A stretch of 64,000 nt of DNA from Cyanidioschyzon merolae. Lineage: Eukaryota. Both the position numbers and the translations under genes were made by a program. The notes under the pieces were generated by a model. The model ran no database searches and had not been told where the DNA came from. It saw only the letters and a program-made list of their open reading frames with translations. This document shows, piece by piece, positions 50,975-61,157 of the stretch; positions within the stretch are counted from its first letter, which is position 1; the number at the start of each line of letters is the position of its first letter. The stretch lies in assembly GCA_000091205.1 (NCBI GenBank), contig AP006490.2; one strand, 5' to 3'.

Positions 50975-53743
50975 TCAGTTGCTGTCGTGGACAGTTGCGA
51001 GCACACAATGTTCACCAGTCAGTCGGTAGAGGAGGCGAGCGCGCTCCTCATTGTCTTCGGTTCGCGCTTCCAAGACATATTCCCGCATGTGCGGGGTTTC
51101 CAGAACAGCCGCCTCATCGAGGTCAAAGATCGAGCGCGTCAAGTACTCCAGAAGTGCTGTTTGCACCGGTGCTGCTGTTGGCGAAGCATACGGCCCCGGA
51201 AGCGTCAGCTGCCCATGTTGAAGCAATTCATCTAAAAGCTCCATACGATCCTGGAAGACTCGTCGCAAAAGTTGCACGTGCACCCAAAGCGTCAGCAGTT
51301 GATCGATCTCGTCCATGCTGTGCTGCAGGTGCGCACCCAGAACACCAGTCTCTGGCACAGAGGACTGGAAAAGCGCAGCACACGCAGCCGCTGTGGACTC
51401 GAAACAGCGACGAAAGCCCGTTACATACTGGCGTTCGATGCTAGACTGGCAGCAGATCGCTTGCCAGAGCGCTCTCACACACTGCATAGCCCCGAACTCG
51501 AGCAGTCTCTGCCATTGCTGTCGACTTGGTTCCGAGTCATCCGGAAAGAAAGATGCCTCAGCTTTGGCAGTCGCGTTGCCCGTGGGTGTCCCATTGGCCC
51601 CTGGATTTGCGTCGTACAGGGATGCGCACCGGTGTGGATCGTTTTCAACAGAAAAGATGCCTTCCGTCGAGGTGTCATCCGCGGCAACCGGCATTTGCGC
51701 ATCAGAATCCACTTCAGCCTGGCCTAGCGCCTCAGGATCCGACTTTACAGCATGCTCGCTTGCCGCACCATGCAGTTGCTTTCGTGTGCCGGCCGTCTGC
51801 AGGTGGCCCGGTCTACTGGGTACAGGCGCTGGCTCAGGTGACGGGAGCGAAGCTGAAGCAACCCCTTGCCCAGGGCTGACGGAGCCCAAAGCGCGTCCCG
51901 GCACCCGTACTGTGTATGCCTGCGATCCGAATGCATCGGACGCAAACGCTACTGCCGTTTGCTCAAGAGCTACCGCACCGGCCTCTCCGCGAATTCCAGC
52001 GTTCAGCGCATACACAGGCGTAGCAGAGGGAGCCTGTGCTCCAGCGCTCTTTTCAGATGCGACGGCTCCTCGATTCCTGGCAGCTGGGCATGTGCTTTCC
52101 ACTGGAACCCGTTGAGATTCTACGCTAGCCGCTGCGGCGTCAAGAGGTGTCGCCTCCGGTGTTGATTTCTGCAGATTCGCACTCGCCAGTCTATTCAAGC
52201 TCTCTAGTGTCACACGAAGTTCTGCCGCAACCGTCCCGTCGTTCTCGCTGTGCAGCCCTTTTGGCCATGAATTTGCAATCAAGGCGTCGTCGACGCACGC
52301 TCTCAACGCTTCCAAGAGCGGACAAATCAGGTGCCTTGACGTGAACACCCTGCTGGGCTGCTCTGGATCCAGGGACTGCTCAGTATCACTGATCGATACG
52401 GAGCGGAGGATGCGAATCAGTTGCACAAGTCGTCTGACGAGTTGTCTCAACAGTCGCATCTGTGTCCAGTGTGGCACCGGCATTACTTTCCGTGGCATGC
52501 TGGACATGGGTTCGGCGTCCAGGCTTTCGCTCGGTAACCAGAGGATCCACTCTGGTGCATCCAGCAGATCCATGCTTTCGTAGGCAGCGAGCGACCTCAG
52601 TGGCCATCGCAGCATCAACGCAAGCCGCAGGGCATCCGCATCTACAAGAGGCGATGTGACTAAGCCCTCGGACTCGACCGCTTCGGGTTCCAGCACTACC
52701 TCATAGGTCAGGGCAATCTCAAGCCGCTCTTGTGTGATGCTCCTGTTCGTCTCCGTGGCGCCTGGCGAGAGCGAAGGTGTTACGATATGCTGGCGAAAGA
52801 ATGCCAACAAGGATTCCAGATCCTCGATATTCGCAGGAGGTGTAGATAGCACGCGCATTTCGTAATGCCGCAATGCAAACCCATCACCAATCCCTAGTCC
52901 GCGGTACTCGGTTGCAGCTTCCGTCATCGTAGCGCTTGTTTCAACGAAAACTGTCGTGGGCATCATTGTCATCGAGACGCTGGTGCAGTGCTTACGGTCC
53001 TGGGGCTCAGTCGACTCTACAGAGTGTGTGCTTCCGTTTCGCTTGTTGAGCGTCGTGCACTTCCTCCTGGGACCAGTCTCGACGTCTGAGGTACAGTCGG
53101 GTGTCATACACTGGCGCCCCGCTCCGCGAGACTGCCATAGAACGCACGCGCTTTCACCAGGCTGGTCTTGATCGGTCTGTAGACAGGTCGTGGCAACGAA
53201 GAAAAGTGCGCCAACTGCAGCTTGAACCCAGTCACGATATGACGATAGTGCTGGCGTCAAACGGAGTAGCCAGTACGCAGGAACGCCAAAGAGTCTCACG
53301 AGCCCCAGAGGTTGCGCCACCTGCCAGGTTTCATCGCATACGAGGAAGAGCTCTGCAGACACACGAGTGCTTGTCGATGCGTCTTCCCTGCAGGTCGTCC
53401 AAGGTGTCCAGGGTGTCCGGTCCAGTGCTGGTGGCAGTGCGACCGTCAACGACTGTCGTACGGCTCCGGGTACGGTATTACGAGTTGCCACCTGCGTAAC
53501 CAAGGCCTTTGCGGCTTCTTCTAAAGCGTACACGAGGTCCTCCCAGGGCGTGTTCCGACTGAAGTCTTGCGTGACGCTGGATTCTCTTGGTAATAGCAGG
53601 CGGAAGCCCGGGATACGCAGGTTTGGCCACCGGAAGTCTGCTGGCGTGCCACCGCTGGGCACTTGTTGCTCCTCAGCGTCGGAGCGGCCTGCCATAGGCA
53701 CCTGACAGCCTTGAGGCTGGGCCCGGAATGGACGCCTACGCAC
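50975..53743 (-). CDS. Hypothetical large protein, 922 aa
   Basis: Long uninterrupted ORF. No motif recognised. Antisense frames are fragmented, except for a 266-aa low-complexity antisense ORF. Confidence 0.45.
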   Translation of the reverse strand: MRRRPFRAQPQGCQVPMAGRSDAEEQQVPSGGTPADFRWPNLRIPGFRLLLPRESSVTQDFSRNTPWEDLVYALEEAAKALVTQVATRNTVPGAVRQSLTVALPPALDRTPWTPWTTCREDASTSTRVSAELFLVCDETWQVAQPLGLVRLFGVPAYWLLRLTPALSSYRDWVQAAVGALFFVATTCLQTDQDQPGESACVLWQSRGAGRQCMTPDCTSDVETGPRRKCTTLNKRNGSTHSVESTEPQDRKHCTSVSMTMMPTTVFVETSATMTEAATEYRGLGIGDGFALRHYEMRVLSTPPANIEDLESLLAFFRQHIVTPSLSPGATETNRSITQERLEIALTYEVVLEPEAVESEGLVTSPLVDADALRLALMLRWPLRSLAAYESMDLLDAPEWILWLPSESLDAEPMSSMPRKVMPVPHWTQMRLLRQLVRRLVQLIRILRSVSISDTEQSLDPEQPSRVFTSRHLICPLLEALRACVDDALIANSWPKGLHSENDGTVAAELRVTLESLNRLASANLQKSTPEATPLDAAAASVESQRVPVESTCPAARNRGAVASEKSAGAQAPSATPVYALNAGIRGEAGAVALEQTAVAFASDAFGSQAYTVRVPGRALGSVSPGQGVASASLPSPEPAPVPSRPGHLQTAGTRKQLHGAASEHAVKSDPEALGQAEVDSDAQMPVAADDTSTEGIFSVENDPHRCASLYDANPGANGTPTGNATAKAEASFFPDDSEPSRQQWQRLLEFGAMQCVRALWQAICCQSSIERQYVTGFRRCFESTAAACAALFQSSVPETGVLGAHLQHSMDEIDQLLTLWVHVQLLRRVFQDRMELLDELLQHGQLTLPGPYASPTAAPVQTALLEYLTRSIFDLDEAAVLETPHMREYVLEARTEDNEERARLLYRLTGEHCVLATVHDSN

Positions 53744-54231
53744 TCAAAAACCGGCTAGGTGCCGTCGAGTGCAAGCTCTGCCGCACCGTCCACCCCAGCG
53801 AGGCGAACTACCTCGTACACACTCGGGGGCGTCGTCACCGTCAGGCTGTGAAGCGTCGCGAAGAGCGCGACACCCTGCGACGACGCTTTCCCGAAACAGG
53901 AGTCGTCTCTGGGTCGGTTGTAAACACAAAACTCGAAAGCAGACGCTCGGAAGGAACCGAAGCAAGCCCGCATACACCAAAAGTCGAGTGCTGGCGTCTT
54001 CCGGGGAACGCGGGGTTTCGGATAGCCACAGAGCTGTCAGCAAGCGCGGACGTTGAGGTGCTGGTTACCCCGCAACCCAGACGTCTGGGTCAAGAGATCT
54101 GGCTGATTCCCGATGTCGCTTGTATGCGGCTTGAGCAGGGGAGTTTTGTGACACGCGTACGGACACGTAGGTTCCCGGTTTGCTCTGGTGCTGTGCGTTT
54201 CGAGGTGGATCTGTATGTGCGAAGAGACTAG
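53728..54231 (+). CDS. SF3A2/PRP11-like splicing factor fragment with a matrin/U1-type C2H2 zinc finger. At 167 aa it is shorter than typical, so it may be partial or lack an exon.
   Basis: 'KNRLGAVECKLCRTVHPSEANYLVHTRGRRHRQ' parallels SF3a66 'KNHLGSYECKLCLTLHNNEGSYLAHTQGKKHQTN'. Confidence 0.55.
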   Translation: MDAYALKNRLGAVECKLCRTVHPSEANYLVHTRGRRHRQAVKRREERDTLRRRFPETGVVSGSVVNTKLESRRSEGTEASPHTPKVECWRLPGNAGFRIATELSASADVEVLVTPQPRRLGQEIWLIPDVACMRLEQGSFVTRVRTRRFPVCSGAVRFEVDLYVRRD

Positions 54232-55294
54232 CGCGTGTTCCGTTCACTGCGCCTTGGGGTATGCATCGAGCGCATTCAGTATCGAAACGATGAGTTAAGC
54301 CAGCGAAAACGGCTTTTGTTTCGATGCGGAGGCATCTTACGTGCATACAACAGTGATTGCACCCAGGAGGGAATGAAGCATGGAGCGCTACAGCAGCAAC
54401 ATCTCCGATCATGCGACTGCTGTATGAGCTAGTTAGCGAAGGACGGACGCTCGCGTCTGCTGCACTGCTGTGGTTGTCGCTGACGTTGAGCCTTCAAAGG
54501 TGATGATGAGGCGGGAAGCGTTTCGGGTCCAGCGTTCGATAATGCGCTGGAGGTTGCGGGTACCTCGTCGCCTGTTTCCATGCTGTATGGAGTGGGCATC
54601 AGCTCAGAGGCTTCCAGTGGAGGCGCGTCATGGTTGCCTCTCCACTGCCACCTGTGGTTTTGTATGTATCGTAAGCATCGGCAACGAATGCAAACGAGTA
54701 CAACATGTCATAGAGTGTTTATGAGCATGCTCGCACCAAGAAGCAAGCAGGCCGTCCGACGCTGCGTTGCCTATAGCGATTGTCGGTGGCTGCGAACCAG
54801 TCCTCGCTGACGGATGCCTCGCGACTCTTGAATCCTGTTCTTCTACATCTCCGTTACAGAGCTGGCGTTTAGCTTGCCGAGTGCATATCCATTAGCACGT
54901 TTATCAGCTCCGTATCTCGAAAATGGAGAACGCAGTCATCTGGACTATGGACACCTGAGCGAAGGATACACAGCGGAACTCGGTACTGAGGAGAGCTCAG
55001 GCGCTTCAAAGGCTGCTGGTGACGATTGCCGCGCTCTGCAACCGAATCAAGGTTCGATTATCCCCGTTTGTCGTTCGTATCTGGAGGTATCCGGGTGAGC
55101 ACATTGAAAAGAGCGCAGCGCTTTGTAGATAAACACCTGCTATACCAGTTGCCAGGCGCGATGCTCCAGCGCGATCACTGCACATGTTTCGATGTGAAGG
55201 CGCACGAGGCTTTGATACCTGACCCAGCGATCTCGACCTGTGCACTACGTTCGAGATGCTAGCTTGCGCATTCCAGTGCATGCTTCAGCAAACC

Positions 55295-56245
55295 TCATAA
55301 TTTGGACGGTGCTAGCGAGACACCAGGTGGTAGCGCTCTGGGGTCCTTCGCGGTTGATGCCCACGGTTTGCGTGGAGGCCAGGCTCGCTCTGGCTCCACA
55401 TCTGGATCGCAGCGGTACTGGGAAAAGTCTCGGACACCGCGGGAGCGCAGGTAGTCTTCGTCGATGAGCGCACGACCGCTCAATGCGTTGCGCTCAGGGT
55501 CATGGAGAAGCATGTGGACGCAATCAGCGATAATGCTGGCTTTTCGCCATTGCGAGCGATCTCCGAGCTGGAAGTTCTTCGTCGCGAAAGACTCTACCAT
55601 CGTAGCTGGCCAAAGAGCCACCGAGGTGACGCCAGTGCCGGCAAGCTCGCCACCAAGCCCGTGAACCAGCATGGTCATTCCGAACTTGCTTATCAAATAC
55701 CCGGTCATTCCGGGAAGCGCGTCAAGCTCTACCGGCGGCGACATCGTTATAATGAGGCCGTTCTTTTGACGCACCATAGCGGGCAGAACTGCGCGGGCAC
55801 AGGCAAACGAGCCTCGGGCGTTGACACCATGGACGAGATCGAAGCGCTCGAGGGGCGTCTCGGCCACCGGTTTCCACCATAAAGCACCAGCGTTGCACAC
55901 CAGCACGTCGATTCGACCGAATCGCTGTAGCGTCTCGTGCACCATTCGCTCGATCCCTTGGTCGTCACGGACGTCAAGCGGGAACGGGAGAACCGCAGCA
56001 GCACCACGAGCCAGGCACTCGTCAGCGACGCTCTGCACTGTTCCAGGCAGGTTTGCACGAGACACCCGGCTCTTAGCCGCGAGTACGAGAACCATGCGGT
56101 CCCTCTCGGCAAGGGTCAAGGCGATAGCCCGACCTATCCCCCGGGATGCACCCGTTATGATAGCTACCGGCTGGCTCGAGCCGAACGATGCCTCTTTGGC
56201 TTGGAGCATCGCGCTGTTACGACTGTTGCGGGAGCTGTAAAACAA
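55295..56245 (-). CDS. Short-chain dehydrogenase/reductase, HSDL2-like
   Basis: 'IITGASRGIGRAIALTLAE' (TGxxxGxG), 'VLVCNAGA' and catalytic 'YLISKFG' (YxxxK) are present. The protein is collinear with hydroxysteroid dehydrogenase-like 2, including 'ISPPL'. Confidence 0.85.
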   Translation of the reverse strand: MFYSSRNSRNSAMLQAKEASFGSSQPVAIITGASRGIGRAIALTLAERDRMVLVLAAKSRVSRANLPGTVQSVADECLARGAAAVLPFPLDVRDDQGIERMVHETLQRFGRIDVLVCNAGALWWKPVAETPLERFDLVHGVNARGSFACARAVLPAMVRQKNGLIITMSPPVELDALPGMTGYLISKFGMTMLVHGLGGELAGTGVTSVALWPATMVESFATKNFQLGDRSQWRKASIIADCVHMLLHDPERNALSGRALIDEDYLRSRGVRDFSQYRCDPDVEPERAWPPRKPWASTAKDPRALPPGVSLAPSKL

Positions 56246-58554
56246 GGATTGTCGCCGACTTGCGTCTCCACTTCCGGAAACACACGAACGTCGTCCAGTC
56301 CCGACTTGGACGAAGCGCTCTTTCGAACCGAACGTGATACGTATGAAAGCGCTTTTGAACGGTATCCGGTGCCTGCACTTGCTTCAAGCCACGAACGGAA
56401 GCTGTTTTGGGATGCTTTGCACCCGTTCCGCCACGTCGGGAGATGTAGCTCGCCCAGCGCCACGCTTCTCGACGGGCTGCTTCCCACACGTGTACCCAGC
56501 TGACTGCGTTCGGTATGCTCCAGCATATCCTGGACAGTGGTGAAGCGGGTTCGCCAATGGACCCTGACGGTGAGGTGCGGAACAAGCGACACGCTCTCGG
56601 ATACCAGTGAGCGTCGTGCAGTGGGGAATCCCTGGTCATGGTAAACGATCCTCTATTCTCGGGAAAGATTCTAGCTGGTAGGCATTTAACCATGGCGCTT
56701 GCCATCGATGGGTGCAGTGAGAAAAACATCGAATCCTGCGAGTGAAGTCTTCTTTGCAGGCACGATACGCGTGTTCTGTGCTGAGATGCCCGCGTTTGCT
56801 GGTGCTATGTCCGGTGCTGGACTAGGATTCAACGCTTGGAAGCTCGTTTGGTGAATGAAACGCTCATTCTCGATAGTCAGACTGGAGCGTGATTCACGTG
56901 ACCCAGAGGTCTCCGAAGCACATGAGGGCTCGCTTCCCTGGGTATAGGCAGCGGTTGTATATCCCGGGCATTGCTGGTCAGATTCGTGGATCAATCATCA
57001 AAAGATATCTCGCCTTGACGCTATTTGGAAGCAGTGCTTCGCGCGGCTACCCGCACAGCATCGCGCCTGTGTTTTTGATCGACGGAACCCCCAGAGGAAC
57101 CGACGACGCGCTATTGTACGCGAAAGGTATCGACATAAGTGAAAACGCCCATCATGCCGCATCCGACCTCCAAGTTAAGCTAGTCACTGAACATGCTTCC
57201 CTTCGGAGTGCATGCCCAGTTCATATGTCACTCGGGGTGCTGTGTGCCTGCTGCTGTGCCCGGCAATGCACGGAGAGAAGACGCAGCGGCGGGTAGAATC
57301 GTGTGCATGAGCAATCTCGAAGAAACGAAATGCGCACTAGCAACTCGAGAACCTGGTGTTTGAATGGATATGGTGAGCGATGAAAGGGGAAAACATTCCC
57401 TGTATATTCGACCATTTACGTCTAAGAGGCAGGTCCTGCGAGCCGGATGAGTGTTCTGGGCCAGCGCTTTGTGTGCTTCTGCACTGGCGGGTGCTGAGCC
57501 AATACATGGCTGCTTGTCCGAAACGCATTTCATTCTGGGAATCGTAGCTGGTAAGCTGCGTAGGGGCGTCGCTATGGTCGCAGTGGACTCCTAGCACATC
57601 GCTTCGCGCCTCCACAGGCAGTGCTTCCGTATGCGCAGGATTCAGGCTCCCAGAATGATAATGCATCCCGATTTTGTGACTAGTGAAGCGTGCCTCGAGC
57701 CGACGCTCCCGAGAGTATTTCGAAGCCGTTTCGTCTCCGTACTGAATCCGCACCGGTTGTATGGGCGTTATTGCGGGTGCTCAAGACAGCCTCGGCAGTT
57801 TTTTGTCGCAGGAAATGACCAGAATCTCCGAGAACGAGTATAAATAATCTAACGTGGATGTAGCGTCAAGAATGATCTGCGCGTTCCTGGATGTCACTAT
57901 CCATCGCGGAATCTAGCATCCCTAGTCCATACAAGCATTCTGTCCAATAAACGATAATCTTCGATCAGCGCCGAGTACCCGCCTTGCGGAACCCGCAATA
58001 GCGCCTAATTCGCTGATGCAGGTGCATCATAGAGACAGGACGGCTTTGCCGTACCACAGAGGGCGTCGGCTCAAGCAATGCTTCACCTGAAACGGAGTCG
58101 GAGTACCTGATCATTCTGGGAGCCTCCAAATTGTACAGACAGACCGACTGCCTGCGGCAGCGCGAGGCGATGTATACTAGGAGAGCACCACGACCAGGAC
58201 GACGTCGAGACGGATTCTCCCCAATGCGAGCCCCAGAATATACTGCGTATCGGAGAGTCTGCTCAGATTTCACTACAACACCAGGCACTGGTGGCGGAGG
58301 CACATGAAGCACAAGTCTAGCAGAAACGTGCGGCTCGCGGCAACTTCCACCTAGACGGTAATCGTTCACCAATATGAAAACCTTTACCCCCTTTCAACGC
58401 TTATCATACAAGCCGAACGACATTGTTATCTCGTCACTAGTTAGCGCTTGCCTTCTCTTCTACCATGTATTCGAGCCTGCTTATCGATCCGGATGCTTCT
58501 GTGCTGTAGTAGCGCTGCATCCTTCGTCGCCGCTTCGCGGCGATCCTTCAAGCT

Positions 58555-60375
58555 TTGCAGCGAGCTTTGCAGGTACGGCGTGGCGTTGCGCTCGAGTATT
58601 TTGGTATCGTGACGATGTTTGTGGTGTCTGGACACACTACAGTAAAGAGCTTTCGAAAACCCTTGGTAGGTAGTCGCTATGCTGGTGCTCCCCTAGAAAG
58701 AAGACTCTGGAACAAACGAAAGTGCGCTCGGCTCTGGATGCAACAAACGAGTAGCGCGGGAACTGCCGGAACTGGAACGGCGGACGCTTCATCCACGGAC
58801 TCGAAACCAACCGCAGGGGTAGGTACGGTTGCCGTTTTTGGGGCAAGCGGTCGGACCGGTAAGCAGCTTCTGCGGCAACTCTGTTCACAGCGGGCTTGCC
58901 GCCAGGTACGAGCCATTGTACGTGACGCGAGTCGACTGCGGAGCGAGCTTGCATCCTGGAAGCAAGACCCGTCCCTCAGTGGTGTGCATGTTGACGTCAG
59001 GGCCGTTGGTGACTTAACCAGACTTGACTCCAATGCGTTGAGTGAACTCGTACGAAGTGCCGACGCGATCATATGGAGTGCGGGAGCTTCCGGTGGTCGT
59101 GACGGGTTCCAGACGTCGCCAGCTGCGCTCGATGAGGCCACGCTACAGCGTTTATGTAGTGTGCTCGCCACGGAGTCGACCGCAAACGGTGTGACATTCC
59201 GTTCTCCGGATGAAATGGTACGCGTGCTGGACTTTGGACGCGGGCCGCTAGTACCTGCAGCCTTCACAGCAGTTGACGACGTCATTATGGGTGGCCAGTC
59301 GAAAAGCAGCTTTCACTTCGACAGCAACGACTCGGTAGGGCTTTTCACAGGGCTCGTGACGACCGATGGAGGTGGTGGCTTCTGCCACGTTCGCTGCGAC
59401 GCGTCTGCGGTGATGCCAGCGGAGCGCTTCGGAGACGCACCTCTGGTCAACGTTGACGAAAACGGTCGAAGCGTCCCTCACTGGGACTTGGCGGCATACG
59501 ATGGTATCGCGCTAGTCGTACGCGGCGATGGACGTCGCTACAAAGTCAACCTCAAGACATCATCTGAGCCAGAATTGGTTTTCCAACAGGAGTTTGTGAC
59601 AAGTGATGACTTACCGCCGGGCACCTTCGAAACGCATTTCCTCCCGTTCGCGGACTTTGTTCCCGTACGACGCGGAGAGCCCGTGTACAGCACCGGCAGT
59701 GCGCAGTTATACGCCATGAAGCTTGATCCGAATCGTATCCGTTCTGTGGGGCTCGTCTACTCGAAAGTAGCCATCGGTGGTGGACCCGCCATCGACTTTA
59801 GACCCGGAAGGTTCCATCTGGCCTGTCGTCGCATCTGCGCATATCGTCAGGTGCCGCCACGCTTCCTTGCGTTGTCGTCGGCAGCGGTCACCCGTCCGTA
59901 CTGGCCACCGTTGAAACGCCAAGCGTACCCGGAGCTCGCGCAGGTACCGATTGTGAAGCTCAACCCCGCCGGAGTTCTTGGTCACAAACTCGCTGGCGAA
60001 GACGCTGTACGGACACTGGTGAGTCATCGCTCGAGTTTGGGAGCACCCTACGCTATCGTGCGGGCAGTGGGACTCAACGACGGCGATGATCCTGATTTTC
60101 CGGGAGCTGCCCAGGGCGAGCTACGGTTCGGCCAAGGTGATCTTATGGTTGGGAAAATCTCGCGGACGGTTCTGGCGGAGCTTCTTGTGAACCTGTTGAA
60201 TGAACCCGAAGGTTTCTGCAAGACCTTTGAAGTGAAGCAGGAACCCAAGACGATGTCGCGTAATGGCACAGGGGCATCCGCTGCAACGCTTTCGCTCGCG
60301 GAGAAACTGCGACAACTGCGTACCGACGTGGCGCGTGCCCTGAAGCCCTGGAACCCGCCTCCCTCGCTATCATGA
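58555..60375 (+). CDS. NAD(P)-binding (NmrA-like) plus CIA30-domain protein (complex I intermediate-associated protein 30-like)
   Basis: 'VAVFGASGRTGKQLLRQL' is a Rossmann GxxGxxG motif. The CIA30 core reads 'DDVIMGGQSKSSFHFDSNDSVGLFTGLVTTDGGGGFCHVRC'. Start codon uncertain. Confidence 0.72.
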   Translation: MQRALQVRRGVALEYFGIVTMFVVSGHTTVKSFRKPLVGSRYAGAPLERRLWNKRKCARLWMQQTSSAGTAGTGTADASSTDSKPTAGVGTVAVFGASGRTGKQLLRQLCSQRACRQVRAIVRDASRLRSELASWKQDPSLSGVHVDVRAVGDLTRLDSNALSELVRSADAIIWSAGASGGRDGFQTSPAALDEATLQRLCSVLATESTANGVTFRSPDEMVRVLDFGRGPLVPAAFTAVDDVIMGGQSKSSFHFDSNDSVGLFTGLVTTDGGGGFCHVRCDASAVMPAERFGDAPLVNVDENGRSVPHWDLAAYDGIALVVRGDGRRYKVNLKTSSEPELVFQQEFVTSDDLPPGTFETHFLPFADFVPVRRGEPVYSTGSAQLYAMKLDPNRIRSVGLVYSKVAIGGGPAIDFRPGRFHLACRRICAYRQVPPRFLALSSAAVTRPYWPPLKRQAYPELAQVPIVKLNPAGVLGHKLAGEDAVRTLVSHRSSLGAPYAIVRAVGLNDGDDPDFPGAAQGELRFGQGDLMVGKISRTVLAELLVNLLNEPEGFCKTFEVKQEPKTMSRNGTGASAATLSLAEKLRQLRTDVARALKPWNPPPSLS

Positions 60376-60489
60376 GCGCAACTTTCGGGGGGCGCAGTAA
60401 AAACGCAGTTGCGTGTGGTGTGGTTTCTTTCCTCGGCGGCGGGTTTATGTCGGTGTAGAGCATTGTAAAGGTTTGGTAAGCATGAAGCG

Positions 60490-60720
60490 ATAGGGCATCG
60501 AGTTGGCCTCGAAATGCGATCGTGAAAAGTCGTGAGACGTGTCGGCAAACGCTGTGGCGCCAGCGTAGCACGCGTGGTGACGAGAGCGAACCTAGTGGGG
60601 CAACCGCTCCTGATCGAGGTGTGCCAGGAGAAGCTGAAACCGATAGCATGCGGTCGGTCGAAAAACAAAAGGCTGGGAGGCGTCTCCATGTCGGTGCAGA
60701 GACGTGCACTCTATGGGTGT
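60490..60720 (+). mobile_element. Solo 3'-terminal fragment of the TnpB/Fanzor-like element, more diverged, lying 115-345 bp downstream of the CIA30-domain gene stop
   Basis: It encodes '...RANLVGQPLLIEVCQEKLKPIACGRSKNKRLGGVSMSVQRR', matching the element's '...RENVIGQPPKVELFEKKLEAVAGGRSKKAGRRLHLSWRRR'. DNA 'ggtcggtcgaaaaacaaaaggctgggaggcgtctcc' matches the 3' module 'ggccggtccaaaaaggccgggaggcgtctgc'. Confidence 0.6.
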
Positions 60721-61157
60721 CACAGGGAGCGCATGCTGCTCGAAGGAGGCCGCTGTAGCGGAAAGCAACGCGTAACACCGGCAGTACGCGTGGTGCTTGA
60801 CGATGCAGGGATACACACACGGGGGCATGCTTGTGTCGAGGCCGCTTCGCATCCGAAAGCTAAGACAAAGACTGGTGCTGCGCTAGCGGACTAGGAAGAG
60901 AGAGACGGATTACCGCATCCGCGCGCTCCGAAAGGCAAACGTATTGCCGCAGAGACCTGCTGTCGTTCAAATCTCGCAAAGCAGGAAAGCCAGTATAGCG
61001 TATGGAAACAATGCTTGATCTGTGCGGTGAGTGTGCATCTCGACGCTGACCGCCGCAAAGGGGACTCGTGTACGACTCGTTGGGTGCAGCTGGCGCCGGC
61101 AACGGCATCACGCGACAGGTACCGTCACCAACACGGCCAAATCATTCGTCGAGCTGC

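Noticed and set aside
51315-52115. 266-aa plus-strand ORF inside the 922-aa minus-strand gene
   Set aside because: It is an antisense frame with an Ala/Ser-rich, low-complexity product.
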